From NCBI GenBank assembly GCA_003971905.1, contig RSEE01000139.1, positions 1 through 64,000 of the forward strand: a stretch of DNA of 64,000 nt. The letters are read 5' to 3'. The notes below the pieces were generated by a model. It was given only the letters and a program-made list of their open reading frames with translations. It was not told where the DNA came from and did no database searches. The position numbers were made by a program, and so were the translations under genes. The DNA comes from Moniliella sp. 'wahieum' (Eukaryota). Shown piece after piece: positions 24,129 to 36,645 of this stretch (position 1 is its first letter; every line of letters begins with the position of its first letter).

Positions 24129-24927
24129 GATAACGTTCCACCGTTTGGTCCCTATCATACCTTCAAGAGGGGCCATGAGGTATTCTTGACAACTGCTTGT
24201 GTCACTCATTTTCTCCTTCCTCTCCTTCCATGGCACATGCAACAGATAGCCTTCTTGACATGCATGACAGTGATTTTTTACGCACTGTGGTTCACAACGT
24301 TTGATGACTTCTTGGGAAGAGCCTGTTGGAAGAGGTAAGGAAAAACTATTATAAGCTTAAGATAGAAGGGTTCCATGTCTGCTCACACTCTTCTCGCTCG
24401 AAAACGTGTTCGTTGCATGCCACGCGGGTCATGCATCATGTCCTCTCCCACCGTTTCGGAGCCAAAATAACACTTTTCCAGTCAAGAAAAGCACTGCTGC
24501 TTGTCTTTGATCCTGAAAAAAACGTTGCTGCCTTTGTTTGAAAGCGCGGGGTAATGTCCACATGTCATCAACACATCTATATCTATCAAAACACGCATAA
24601 TGTGGTCAAACAACACAGCTTTGGTGGCTCACCTCCACACCCTCTTGCCCTTTTCCTCCTGGCGGTTCCCCGCAGCCTACCTGCGTCCGCCCCACCGCCT
24701 ACGTTTTAGAGTGGATTCTCCCTCGGCACTCACGTTGCGCTCACGCACTCTTTTTCCCTCGTATTGCTCTCTTCTTCTCATCCGTCCCACCACCACCAAT
24801 CCTGCTCCTGTGCTTTCCCTTCATCTCCTCCTGACTACGACCCTCGAGCGTGACCCAGAAAAGGTACTCTCCTCTCGCTCTCATCCGATCCCTGGTCTCA
24901 GGGCACCACCTGAAGACGCATCTAGAC

Positions 24928-27140
24928 ATGTCTTTACGCAAGAGGAAGACTCAAGGTCGACTTCATCCAGCTTCATTCATTCTCATCTCACTGCACAACG
25001 GGGACCTGGTCGAGTTCCTCTCCCGCCCTCTGACCAATGAAACAATCGGTATGTATCTATGGTTTTCCATGTTCAACCCGAGGATGCTGCGAACTATAAC
25101 CTACTAACTCCCCCACCTGATCAGAGTATGTAGCGTCCCGGGTATCTTCGCTTCTCTTGCAAGACGGCAATAAGAAGGTCAACAAGTCCGACTTGGATAC
25201 GAAGACGGTGGAACTCGAGAAAGAGCAGGCTGACGCTGTGGACTTCTTCTCTTTCTCTTCTCCCCCGCCGACCCATACGCGCAGGGCGTCTACCCCATCA
25301 CCATCTAACCCAAGTCGATTGGAGCCCCAAATGGTTCTCCCGGACCTAGAGTGCTGGTTGTGGCACTTGACCCAACAGACCGGTGCATCCGCACCCACCA
25401 TGATGGTAGCACTGGTCTACATTGAGCGGGCACGACCTGCCTTATCCCAATGCACTTCGTGCCTGCCCACCAGTGCTTATTGCCACCGCATCCTTCTCGC
25501 CTCCTTGGTTGTGGCAGCCAAAATGACTCACGATCGAACGCTGAAGAATAGTGTGTGGGCACAACATTCCGACCTGTTTGTAACGCAGGACGTGAATCGG
25601 ATGGAGGTTCAGTTACTGCAATTGATCAATTACCGTTTGGTCGTGAACGAGGGCCAGTTGCTTCAGACGTGTGGTCCGGCCATGGACATGGTGCTCAGCC
25701 CACCCCTCGGCGGGTCCCACAGTTCGTTATCCGCTTGTGCGGACTTGCAGGCCAAGCCGGCGGGACGCGCACGATCAGAGGCGAGTTTGAGGGACAAACG
25801 GGGGCGAGATATAGCCACGGATCGGTCTTCCAGCGTCGGACGACGCCACCCACTAATGGAACCCGCATCATCAACCACACCTCGATTGACCTCGACCCAA
25901 CAGCAAGCAGACCAGTCCGAATGCGGACCTGGGTCGGAACCGATCGACCACGCTGCAGAAAGAAGGCCTCGGCTAGGCGCATGGCCTCTCGCTTCCCCCC
26001 GGGTTGTTCTCAGGGCCTGGTATCCTGCCTTTCGTCTCTCTCGCTGTTTCCCCCCCGCAACGAGCTCTGTCTGCGCTGGAAACGTCGCCCAAAACAGGTG
26101 GGCCCAGCTCCATTGATGCTATTCAGTACGTCAAACGCGGCATGGTCTGCTCCCCCAACGATGAGGAGGATTGTTCGCCTCGTCCCGAGAGAAAAGTCAA
26201 GGACAGTCCAAAGGCCGAAGGGTTGCCAACGATCAAGTCTAATATGGACCATGTTGCCCTGATGAACTTTCCGGAAGATAAGGGCAGAACGAAGGTCACT
26301 TCCTGTACGGAAGGAAACGCGAAAAAGAACACCTCGGTTGAGCAACAAGACGAAGACAAGGCGGATCTCTCCCCTCCTCCTCCCGTCACGCCAACGAGCA
26401 TGGTCAACCCTGTTCTGAAGAAAAAGAACGAACCAGGGGGGAAAGGGAGCCTGACCCTCCACTCAGATGTGTTCGACTCGCACCCGCGTCTTTCCTTCTT
26501 TCCTGTCACACCGGACTTACCTACCGCTCTGTCGCGCCCTCCTACTGGTCATCCCACCTCGCCCCGCATACCCCCGTGCAAAATATACGTGGCGCACCAA
26601 ACACCTTCTTCACTCCCCCAACCTTGGACGCCGCCAGACGTAACGATGACGAGGGCGTGGAAGACTCCGACGAGACGTCGTCCTCTCCTGACCACGTTCC
26701 ACAGCATGCCTTACCTCGTTCCTTCGTCGGTCTTTTCCACCACGGATGGTTCGGCACTTGCACCCGCACCCGCACCTGCACATGTTCCTGATCCTGCTCC
26801 TGCCCTCGCTCGCACTGGCCCTCATACGGCCTCCGCTGCTCATATGCAAGAGCAACACCCATGTCCCCTCTCGCACTCGTACTCTAGCTGGGCGGTCCGA
26901 GCACGCTTCAAATCGTGCTTTCCGCTTGGTATAGAGGAAAAACGAGAAGAAGAAGAATGTCAACTGCCTGCCCAACAAGCGGTATTAGAAGAAGAAGCGA
27001 AACCCCATACGCTTCCACACCAGCGCCACCCCCCCTCGGCGCGGGCTGAAAGCCAAGGCATCAGCCTTGGGGTTGCGTACCGCCGCTCGATGGCGGTCAT
27101 TGGTGCAACATTATTGATGTTCCCACAAAACCGGGGGTAA
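24928..27140 (+). CDS. Pho85-type cyclin (PCL1/PCL2-like) with long low-complexity C-terminal tail
   Basis: Exon 1 MSLRK..HPAS...H...LVEFL, intron near 25049-25124, then the cyclin box PTMMVALVYIERAR...HRILLASLVVAAKMTHDRTLKNSVWA...DVNRMEVQLLQLINYRL. Extension past 26116 assumes frameshift errors. Confidence 0.8.
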
Positions 27141-27369
27141 ACAAAGCACAAAAAGCGATTGTGAGCCTAGGTCGATGCATCAATCATCACACAGGTCGTA
27201 GATCCATCTACGGAGTGTGCCAATGCTTGCCTCCCCGCCATTTTCTACAGTGCAGCCCTGCATGTTTCCTCATTTCTTGCCCTCTCTCTTCAGCCTTCCT
27301 CGTTTATTTATCGTTTCCTGCTTGTCTGTTCTTTTTTGCTCCTTGTGTTTATACGTTGCGGTTCCTAGG

Positions 27370-27644
27370 TGTTGACTGCGATCTTGCGGCACCCAGTCGG
27401 CAGACCAGGCTCACTTCGGTTCCATCAGCTTCCACGCTGATGGGTATCGCCCCAACATAGCACTGATACCCCTGCGCCCTCAATTCTCTCTTGTGTGCGC
27501 CTCACTGGCCCGCCAGTGCCTTAGTAGTCTCCTGGCCTCTTTAAGCATATATATATGCCTTTTTGCACCCACAAACCCTATACTCTGGCAACAATCAATC
27601 ACCTTCTCCTCATCCTTCTGCCCATTCGGCTATATAGCGGAGAA
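27370..27644 (+). mobile_element. Degenerate solo LTR of the same family as the 48834-51381 element
   Basis: The first 71 nt match the reverse complement of that LTR with 10 mismatches, and 27598-27623 is a 26-nt exact match (atcaccttctcctcatccttctgccc). The TATA region is conserved. The 3' terminus and TSD are eroded. Confidence 0.85.
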
Positions 27645-28495
27645 ATGGTATGTGGCATGCGGCCCTGTTACATGAAGACATTTCTCCCTCCGTCTCTTGC
27701 CCAATATTCTCTTCGTAGTTACCCTGGCCATATTAACGCCCAGGAAGAGCTCAAAGAGCAGCAAATGGGAATGGTGGTCGATGGAGATCAAATTGCTAAG
27801 GCGGTAGCGAATCCAAGTCATCATGGAGTCGGAAACGCCACGTCAGAAAACATCACACGCGCATCACACATGATGTCACTCGGAAGTGACCTTGGCCATA
27901 AATGACCAGAGGTCAACATATAGTGGCATATCACCCGACCATCCTTGGATCCATCCTACTCAGCCAATCTGGGTCCGATTGAGCTGGGAACTGAACCGAG
28001 CGCTTCTCCTGCCCTTGCTGTACTACAATCTGGGACAGATGCCCCTCACCTCGGCCTTCTTTTTGAACATGGATGTTGGGTGGTATGTGCGTGGTGACCG
28101 GTGAGGATCAGCGTCCACTTCAATTCGCCTGGGCGTTTGCGTGCGACCATTGAACCATCTGAACTCAACTCACAAGTTCCGCCACAGTGCGGTCTTTCTA
28201 ACCAAGGTCCTTCGCCTAGATGTTGTAGATGCTTAAGAAGATGGTTGCATGGATGAAATTGTGATCGTTGCAGATCCAGCCAATAGCAGGACATGGGAAT
28301 AGGGATGGAGTAGGTACATGCAGGGAGCAATGCTGGGAGAGGTAGAGGCAATGTCTGTGGGAGGAGAGGATGGGCAATAAGGGGCGAGGGAGAGCAAGCC
28401 GATGCACCAAGCATAACCGACGAGATGGGTCCAGCTGAGCAACGCCCACACGGGAACCGAACAAAAGCCGGTGTGTATAGCATGTAGCAACACTC

Positions 28496-29075
28496 TTACG
28501 CCCACGAAGGCTTGGGCACAATCTTGAACTTGCCACTAGCGTTGCCCGAGTCACCAAATACGATGACAATGTAGTCGCTACGGGTGGTCAGGCCGTCTGG
28601 GAGTTTGACGATCGTGTGGCCCCGGCCAATGGGGATGTTGGCGTCGGTGGTGAGCAGGTCCCACTCCTCGTGCAGGCTGCCGGTGCCGTCGTCGTAGCCG
28701 AGCTTGATAGCAACGGGACCGTTGAGGTTCGCACCCTCGGGGGCAGAAGACACGTCCCTGTCAAGAGCAAAGCGGGTCTGGTAAGCACCTATCCGAAACG
28801 AACAATCTCTGAGAGAGAAGCGGGGAGAGACGAACCATTTGATCACTGTCGGCACGCCAGAAACAAAAGTCTCGCCCGCAGCAGGTTGGGTGATGGTGGG
28901 GTCCCAGACGATGCGCTCGTGCAGGCCCAGCGCGCGCGTCCAACTGCTCAGACCAGGCGCCGCCGGAAAGCGCGCCCAACTCGCGCGCGGCAAGCTTGTC
29001 CTGGGGCGGCACAGTGAGGGCCAGGGCGGAAGCGGCGGAGGCCAGAGCGAGGGGGAGGAAGGAGGCAAACTTCAT
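28496..29075 (-). CDS. Small secreted protein (signal peptide plus Kre9/KNH1-N-like Ig-type domain)
   Basis: Signal peptide MKFASFLPLALASAASALA, then IVWDPTITQP...IKW, an intron near 28760-28834, and DVSSAP...DYIVIVFGDSGNASGKFKI. TATA-like tataaa upstream. The family assignment is from pattern recall only. Confidence 0.75.
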
Positions 29076-30448
29076 GCTGGAAGAGGGGAGTGGTAGACGC
29101 GGAAAGAGAGAAGTGCGATGGGAGGCGGATGGATGTGGGGAGTTGGGAGAGAGACGCGTGGGAGGAGGTCTGGGTTTTATAGGGCTTCTGTAGCCCGCCC
29201 CCCAGCTGGACTATTCGGGTGGATGTCAGCGGCGTGAGATCTGGGCGAGGAGAGTGGGCTGGTGCGGCGGCCGTGGAGGGAGGCAGAGAGCGTGGCAGTG
29301 CGAAGGAGTGGGGCGATTTGGGCGTTACGCATTACGCGTTACGCAGAAAGGCAGGTCTCAGCGTTGGGGCCCGGGGCGAGTCAATGAGAGCACTGCGCCA
29401 GTGTGGGGGCGTCGGAGTTGTGCGCAGGAGGGGTGAGACTCGTGTGATGCAATTGTCGATCCTCGGGCGGCTCTAGTGTGGGCTGGTGCGAGCTGGTGTG
29501 GGCTTGGGCGATGGTGCGAGCTGATGCCGGCAACGGGGACAGTCTCACACGGTGCGCCACGTCCGTCTTGGCTTCCTCCTCGCTAGCCCACTGGCGCCGT
29601 GCCGGGCAGCGCGCCTCAGCGCCTCAGCCTGCCTCCGCGCGTCAGCGCGTCAGCGCGTCAGCAGCGTTAGCACACTGCGCACGGAGCCACTCAGGCTCAG
29701 CGCCAACGCTCAGCAAGCGTTATGCCATGCTGGAGCTGCTGGGGCGTTGAGCGAGTCTCAGCGCCTCAGCCGCTTCCCGCGGGCACCCCCGGAGGTGACG
29801 TCATGCGGTTGTCCTGTCGTCGGACGTCCGCATGCTTTCCAGCAAACCAAACAAACGATCTTACAGCCCAACGCCCACTCCCACAACACTATTACATGCC
29901 CACACCGCTCCACCCCCAGACGGTGCTCATCTATTTCTCGCATTCTGCCTCCTCCCGTCAGCAACCACAACACTCAGCTACACTGGCATTGCCCCTCCGC
30001 CAGTGCGCTGCAGACTGGTAGGCATGCGGTATGTCAGCAGCATATGGTTAGATTGGCATACTCGACCGCGCAGTACCTATCTGGCAAAAAACTCAGTACT
30101 CCTGCATTTCTGCTTGCCGCAGAGGCCATGGAAGATTTCGGTAGGACCGATGAAATGCGTGGGGCTGCGAACCCGAGCGTTGTAGGGGTGCCTTAGGGCC
30201 TCAGCTTGAGACACCTCATGTATTAGCCTATGGGAGTGGGACGATGGATTTCCACAGTTCAGACCACACTGTTGCTTTCTCTCTTTGTTCTTGAATGCGC
30301 GTTGCGAGCTTTGCTCGGCCTCAGCTGCTACTCAGCGCCAGGACAGGGCTTGGCTGGCTTGACTACTAGCTAGACTGGCTTGACTAGCTTGACTGGCTTT
30401 CTTATAGCCTGACTTGCAGTGGCTCTTGGCGCTGCCGTCACAACTTGA

Positions 30449-30508
30449 GGCCCTGGTTGGCCCTGGTTGGCCCTGGTTGGCCCTGGTTGGCCCTGGTTGG
30501 CCCTGGTT
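30449..30508 (+). repeat. Perfect decamer minisatellite (GGCCCTGGTT)x6
   Basis: Read directly from the sequence. Confidence 0.95.
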
Positions 30509-33500
30509 GACCTGGTCGTACCAAGACAGGCAGGACTCGGCCGAGCTGGAATAGACGCTGCCTCCATGCCGCGCCCCTTGCATTCCCTCCTTGGGATCGG
30601 CGGCTCCACAGGGCTCCACCTGTCGACCCCCGCCCGACACTTGTGGTGTTTTGAGATATCATGTCGATCATGCATGATTGCTTCCACCATGCATCATCGG
30701 TCGCCCTTCCATGCGTCATCCTGTATCACCCCTCCCTAATCTACCATTCAATCACAGGAACAACGGTGATGCGAAGGGTGCTGGAAGACCATCCTCCCAA
30801 GAGTGGATCCCAAGCTTGTCCGCTTCATCCGGGACATACCAATTTAATGTGCCGGCTGTTGTGGAAGAAGAGGAAACACGGTGGGGGCACAGAAATGTCA
30901 GGTGTGTTACCGATGAAGTGATGAGAAAGAACCAAGACCAAGACCGTTTTGTGCGAGAGCCCATGACAGAAGGAGCGATGGAGGTGGGTGGATCACACAT
31001 CCAATGAGTGGGCCTTTTTTAGACACAAAAAGGGTAATGTCTTCGTGGTTTGAGTGCCGAGGAAGGCGTACACGGCACTGTGGAACGTTGAGAGAAGGAC
31101 AGGCAACTGAATATTGACTTTTGGAGCAAGCGGAATACCACAAGAAAACGCCAGGTACCAGGGACGACGCGCTTAAGAGTCTCGTTTTTCCCCTTTTGGG
31201 CATGCTGACACACACGGGGTATACTGACGGGATCACCAAAATTGCCAACAGTAAGATATGTTGAACCGCTGGAAAAAGTGTTCCTGAAGAGTCCCATGGA
31301 AGAGACGAGATGTTGGTTCGTCGCTCACATGACACATGATGACTACGACGCTCACTCGTATCCACTCGCATTACATTAGGCAGGGATGCGAATGGTGGGA
31401 GTCCAAGACGGTCATAACCTTGTGGAAGTGGCAGGCGAGCAAGGCAGGGGAAAAGATGGTGTGGATGCAATCTGTCGGGAGGCAGCCCGGAGGCGCACAA
31501 CAGGAAGGGGTGGAACAGAGGCGGAACGGGCCGCTTCGCACAAACCTGCTGGCGAACTCTCGATTGGGTTGACACATGAGCGAACCACACACTGTACGCC
31601 GAATGAGCAAGCCCGGTAGACGTGGTAGCGTTTGTTTGCCCTTGCTTGAAGTTCCACAAAACCTATGAATTTTCAAAAAAGGAAGGTGTGCAGGGGAGTA
31701 GATAGAGCCCTGGCAGGGGCTGAGAGAGGAGAGAAAAGAGGTACCAGAAGGAGGGTCAAAAAGGGAAAAGCGAGTCGAAATCATGAGACACAGAGAGGGG
31801 TAGTAAGAGTGATATGGGTCGTCATATATACCCAAAAGGGAAGAATGGAACCGACTGACTCAAGCTCGCGCCAATTTTCAACTCTGCATCATCCCGTCCA
31901 TCTGGCTCAATTCGCTTTCCCTTTTGCTCGTGCTCCCTATCCGATACCTGTTACTTAGTATTTTCTACCACGAACGAGCTCGTGCCGCCATTCTCCCCAT
32001 CTCTCTGGCTGTGCATTGGTCTCCCTCGGGTAGCCCCTACTGTTATGATAGAGTGTGCTGCTGCTGACGCTTTGTACCGTGACCCCCCCCCCCCCCCACC
32101 CCTCCGGTACTACAGGCGCGCGAGACAAATCCTGATGTCATCATAGTAGTGGTGGCTATGGACGAGACATGACACCTCTCAGTTCTCCACGATCGGCAAT
32201 AGGCTTTCGGCAGGATCTCTCACTGTTCCGTCGTGCCGTAGCCTGGTGCAAAAGGTCACCGTGGACTCAACTCCACCTGGGGTCGTCTGTGGTGCAACCT
32301 TTTTTCGGGTTCAGCAGTGTCCTCTCGGCGCGACCGACAGAACACCGTCGGAAGCGGATGAATCGATGGGTACACTATGGTCCCACAAGGAAAATGATAC
32401 CCCCCCCATCCTAGTCTCCTATATCTTCTCCGCTTGTTATAAATAGCCAAAAGAATATCGCACTAACCCTCATTGTTTCCCGACAATGCCAATAATTGTC
32501 CCCTCTCATCAACCCACGCACCTTACGCCTCTCAGTTTGCTATACTGTGCCCACAGCAAGAGATCCGACGGATCAAAGGTGTGATTCTTACTCTAGTCTC
32601 TGCCATGAGACTTGGTACAGGACCCTTCGTTGGACTGGGAAAAGCTTTCCGTTCCACACACCCGGTCTTTTTGTGATTTGTAGGAGAAGAGCTCGTCCTT
32701 TTGTTGTTGTGGTTCCGTGGGGGGTACAGTATAGAGGGAAGGGGCTGCGCTCCTCCTCTGAAGAAGGCTCCGGATTGACGACGAAAAGCGCCGTAAGGGT
32801 GGGAGCCATCGCCGATATTAGCTGTTTGAAAATGTTGTCCGTGGCGGGGTGGCGGGTGCATTCTCCTCTGCTAAAGGAGGAACTAACAGGATCACCTAAA
32901 GAAGTTAGGGCGGCCAGGGAAACTGTGCTGGACCGATATCAAGGGGGACCCCTGAAGGTGCATGAGGTCTCCAACACATGGCCCATATGGCCGGCCGTCA
33001 ACGTCATATGAACATGGTGAACGTACTTGATTGAGATTTAATATCACCAACAGAACATACGAACCGTAGTAGCCGCCACGAGACTTCGCCATCAATCATG
33101 TTCTCACGGTAAGAAAAACCATTCATATGGTGTGTTGGTGAGCAGGTCATTATACTGCAGCTCACAATACAATAACGGGTCATCTCGACACCCAATGCGT
33201 TAGAGGTGTGGTAGCACAGAACCGCGTATGTGGCTCATCCGAATGGCCGTCCAAGTATATATGTACCGGTAAACTATATGTAGGGACGGGCCCCACTTCG
33301 TGCGGCGCCACACTGGTGTAATGGTGCCGGTAGCCCAATCCCGGAACCTTCCGGTTCTTCATTCCTCCCAAATATTCCTTCCTGGAGGGCAGAAATGTTC
33401 TCTGGCTTCTGTAGCTCATGTGCAATGCCATACACCATCAACTGTCTGCTCTGTGATCTTTCGCACTTCAGTGCTCTGCTTATGACACGAGAGGATGGGA

Positions 33501-36500
33501 GGCGCCGAAGGGAGTACCTGCGCTTCGTATGCACTCAATATCCCTCGCGCTAAAGGGCGGGAAGAGTGGGAAAATGACACAATGGAGCCGATTTCTTTTC
33601 CTATGAGTGTAATGTTGTCTCGAGGTGGAATTTCTTAGAAGAAACCCGCCTTGTTCTACTCATGTACTCTGTTGCATGGGATTAATGTAACCGAACTGGG
33701 AAGGTGCTGAGACTCGAACAAGAGCGGGCAAGACCAGGTCTGATCGGACTGCTGGGAAGCGATGTTTCGTTCTCAAGATGGGAGAAGCCTGGACCAGACT
33801 AGTAGACGTAACGCCCAGTGCGCACCGCGCCTCCGAGTACAGAGACGAGAGAGATGCACGGCATGCGGTAGGGGCTGGGGGGGACATGTGGAGTCGGTGG
33901 GCGATGCTTTTGCACAACCGATGGCTCTGAAAACAAAACTAGGGCCGCGTGAAGGGCGCTATTGTTGAGAGCGATCACGTACAGAGCTTTCGCCCTAATC
34001 GCGGGGAAGCTCTCAGTTCTCACACTTTCTCCGAGGTGAGAGGCCACGACGGTCCGTGAAACTCATGGAAACGGCCCATTTAGGTGGTGGGTGGCCAGTG
34101 TTGAAAAAAGATATATATCTACATCACGATTCCTCTGAACCCGTTTGTGTGTGGAAACGCGGGAAGGTTGTATGTAGGAAGAAAACTGGTTTTGTATGCG
34201 TCCTATTCATGTGGCCACAGAGAACTATAGCCTGAAGCTTGAAGATGAATCTCCGTGATATTTTTTTGTTATAGACATTGATCTTGAAGGTCCTGATGAC
34301 TTGATGACGATGCTAGCCGAGTCCTGCTCATGCGATGAGCTCGAGCTGCAGGCAAACGCCAGGCAAGGTTGACGCGTGACGAGGAAGCCGGGTCTCTCCC
34401 TGTCCCGTCCCCAGGCGTTTTCGCAAAATGGCATGCATCTGATGATATTACCAGACTCCCCCTCCCCCTGCGTTGGGTCCGGTCAAGTCGACTAGTAGTA
34501 AAGAGAGGACACTTGTGCGACTGAGCGCATGTGCCTCCATGTCTTCCAACCCGCAAAACGTTCTTGAAGCTTGAAGCTTGCAGTATTCACAACAGTCTGC
34601 TCTTGAGATTACAAGCTGGACACAACTTGTCGGGTGCGATCTGATATATTGCGATCACTGTTACTTATTTGGCCCCTATTATACTCTTCATCACAGGGAG
34701 CAGTAGCATCAGTTGTTCTCTCGTCCAGCGTTCGGTACGTCGGGTGCGTCCGTTCCACCAGCGCGCCACACAGGTTCCACGTTCAAAGCGTTCAACGTTC
34801 AATGTTCCACGTTCAACGTTCAACCCCCGCCTTTTTTCACACACGACTATACTGCATCCACATTATGTATGGTTTTGTGGCCACCAATCGTACCGCGAGC
34901 AGTTGAGCTGAGCTCTTCTGGTTTGTTTGCGCACATAGGCAAAATGATGGTGAAAACGGCGGAGATGACACGCATCACAGTGTGAGTATCAAACCTACGC
35001 GGTGGGATATTGAATCTATAGCGTTAAGCCACCCAGCTTTTCAAGCTTTTTGACATGAAGCTTCAAGCTTCAAGCTTCACTTGAAGTTTGAGCGCTTTTG
35101 AGCCTTGAGCGCTTGAGCGCTTGAGCAGCTTTGACCTTCAAGCTTTTCACAACTGTAAAACTTATAAAACCTATAAAAAAAGTTCATGCTTGGGATTCAC
35201 GCAGGCACGAGGGTCACGTGCTATTATTATACTTGCGTAACGCCTAAAGCATAACGCCCTTTTGACTCGTAGCGCGAAGGCTCGAAACGCGTAAAGTATA
35301 AGGCGCACAAGACGAGTTTCGGACGTGGCGAGTGGCCATGGAGTCGTCCGCTTCATCCGCGCCAGCGTCATGGATGGAACGGTCTGGGCGGGGACAAGCA
35401 ACTCCCGGCAACTACCGTTGACGTTATGGTTGTTGCCACACGATTAGGTACGTGGTGTGAGTTGGTGTGAGATCTGAGAGGCATGTGCGGTCGCGGCTAA
35501 CACGTTCACGCGTTCACGCGTTCGCGTTTACAGGGGACATCACATGTGATATGTGAACATGTGAACGTTGTGAACGTTGAACGTTGAGTACGCGGAACGC
35601 GCGGAATGCGTGGCACAACAGGACACAACTCCTATGAGTTACCAGCTCTCGCTCCCCATTCACATATTCACGCCGTAACGCGTAACGCGTTAGGTAAGTA
35701 GTAAAGCTAGACAGAAGGGGGGCAGATCAGATATCAAAATTATGGGTAGGTGGTACACCCCCCTGGCTAGGTGATGCAATGGTACCATTGGGCGTCGATA
35801 TTCGATCGTGGCCGTGAAAGTGATTGCCATCGGTCTCGCGTTCAACGTTCACGCGTCACGCATTGATGTATCACGCATTGACGTAAACGGCGGGGGACAT
35901 TTTCACAGGGAATATCAGTCACCTCGTGATGTTTGGCACGTCCCGCCGGAACCGCCACCTTCGGCGCCACTTTGGGTTCATTTTACACTGAGACAGGGTT
36001 GCGGTATTCCCTAGATTCACTCGAAGCTTGACCGCCGAGCGTGAAAAAAGCGGCCGTGAAAAGAGCTCCGCACAGGGGCAGTGTGCAAGCAGCTCCTCGT
36101 TTGAAAACGCGCAGACGGAAAATGCACGCGTGGATGATCATCACCGATTCCACCGATGAGATCCAGGAGCCCACTGCGACGTCCAAAGCCCGAGGTCCAC
36201 CTCGCCTCAGCGCCTCAGCAGCGCTCAGCCCAGAGGCCTGACCAGATTTTTCATTCTCGATTAGGAGATGTCGTGCCCTCAGGCTCAGGCTCAGTGGCTC
36301 AGGCTGAGCCCTTGCCTCAGGGCTGTCAGGGCCTCGGCGCCTCAGCCGAACGGTCGTCGTCCGTCAGGGCATCAGCCACCAGCAGAACCCGCTAAGCCCA
36401 GGCGGGCATGCTCTGGCCGCCGCACGCAGCTTGCAGTGGGCAGGACAGGCCATGGCGACTCGGAGTCAGATCTCAGACAACAGAGATATCTGCCTGTGGT

Positions 36501-36645
36501 CTGCGTAGGCCTGTCGCCTGTTCTTGTCTCTGCGCCCTTGCCACTAAGCTTGCTCGTGGGTTGGAGCAAGTGAACTTGCTGAGCCTCTCTCAACTCTCAA
36601 CTTCCATCCGTCTGCCCTTGCCCCTGGCTTCTACCTCCTCACGCC

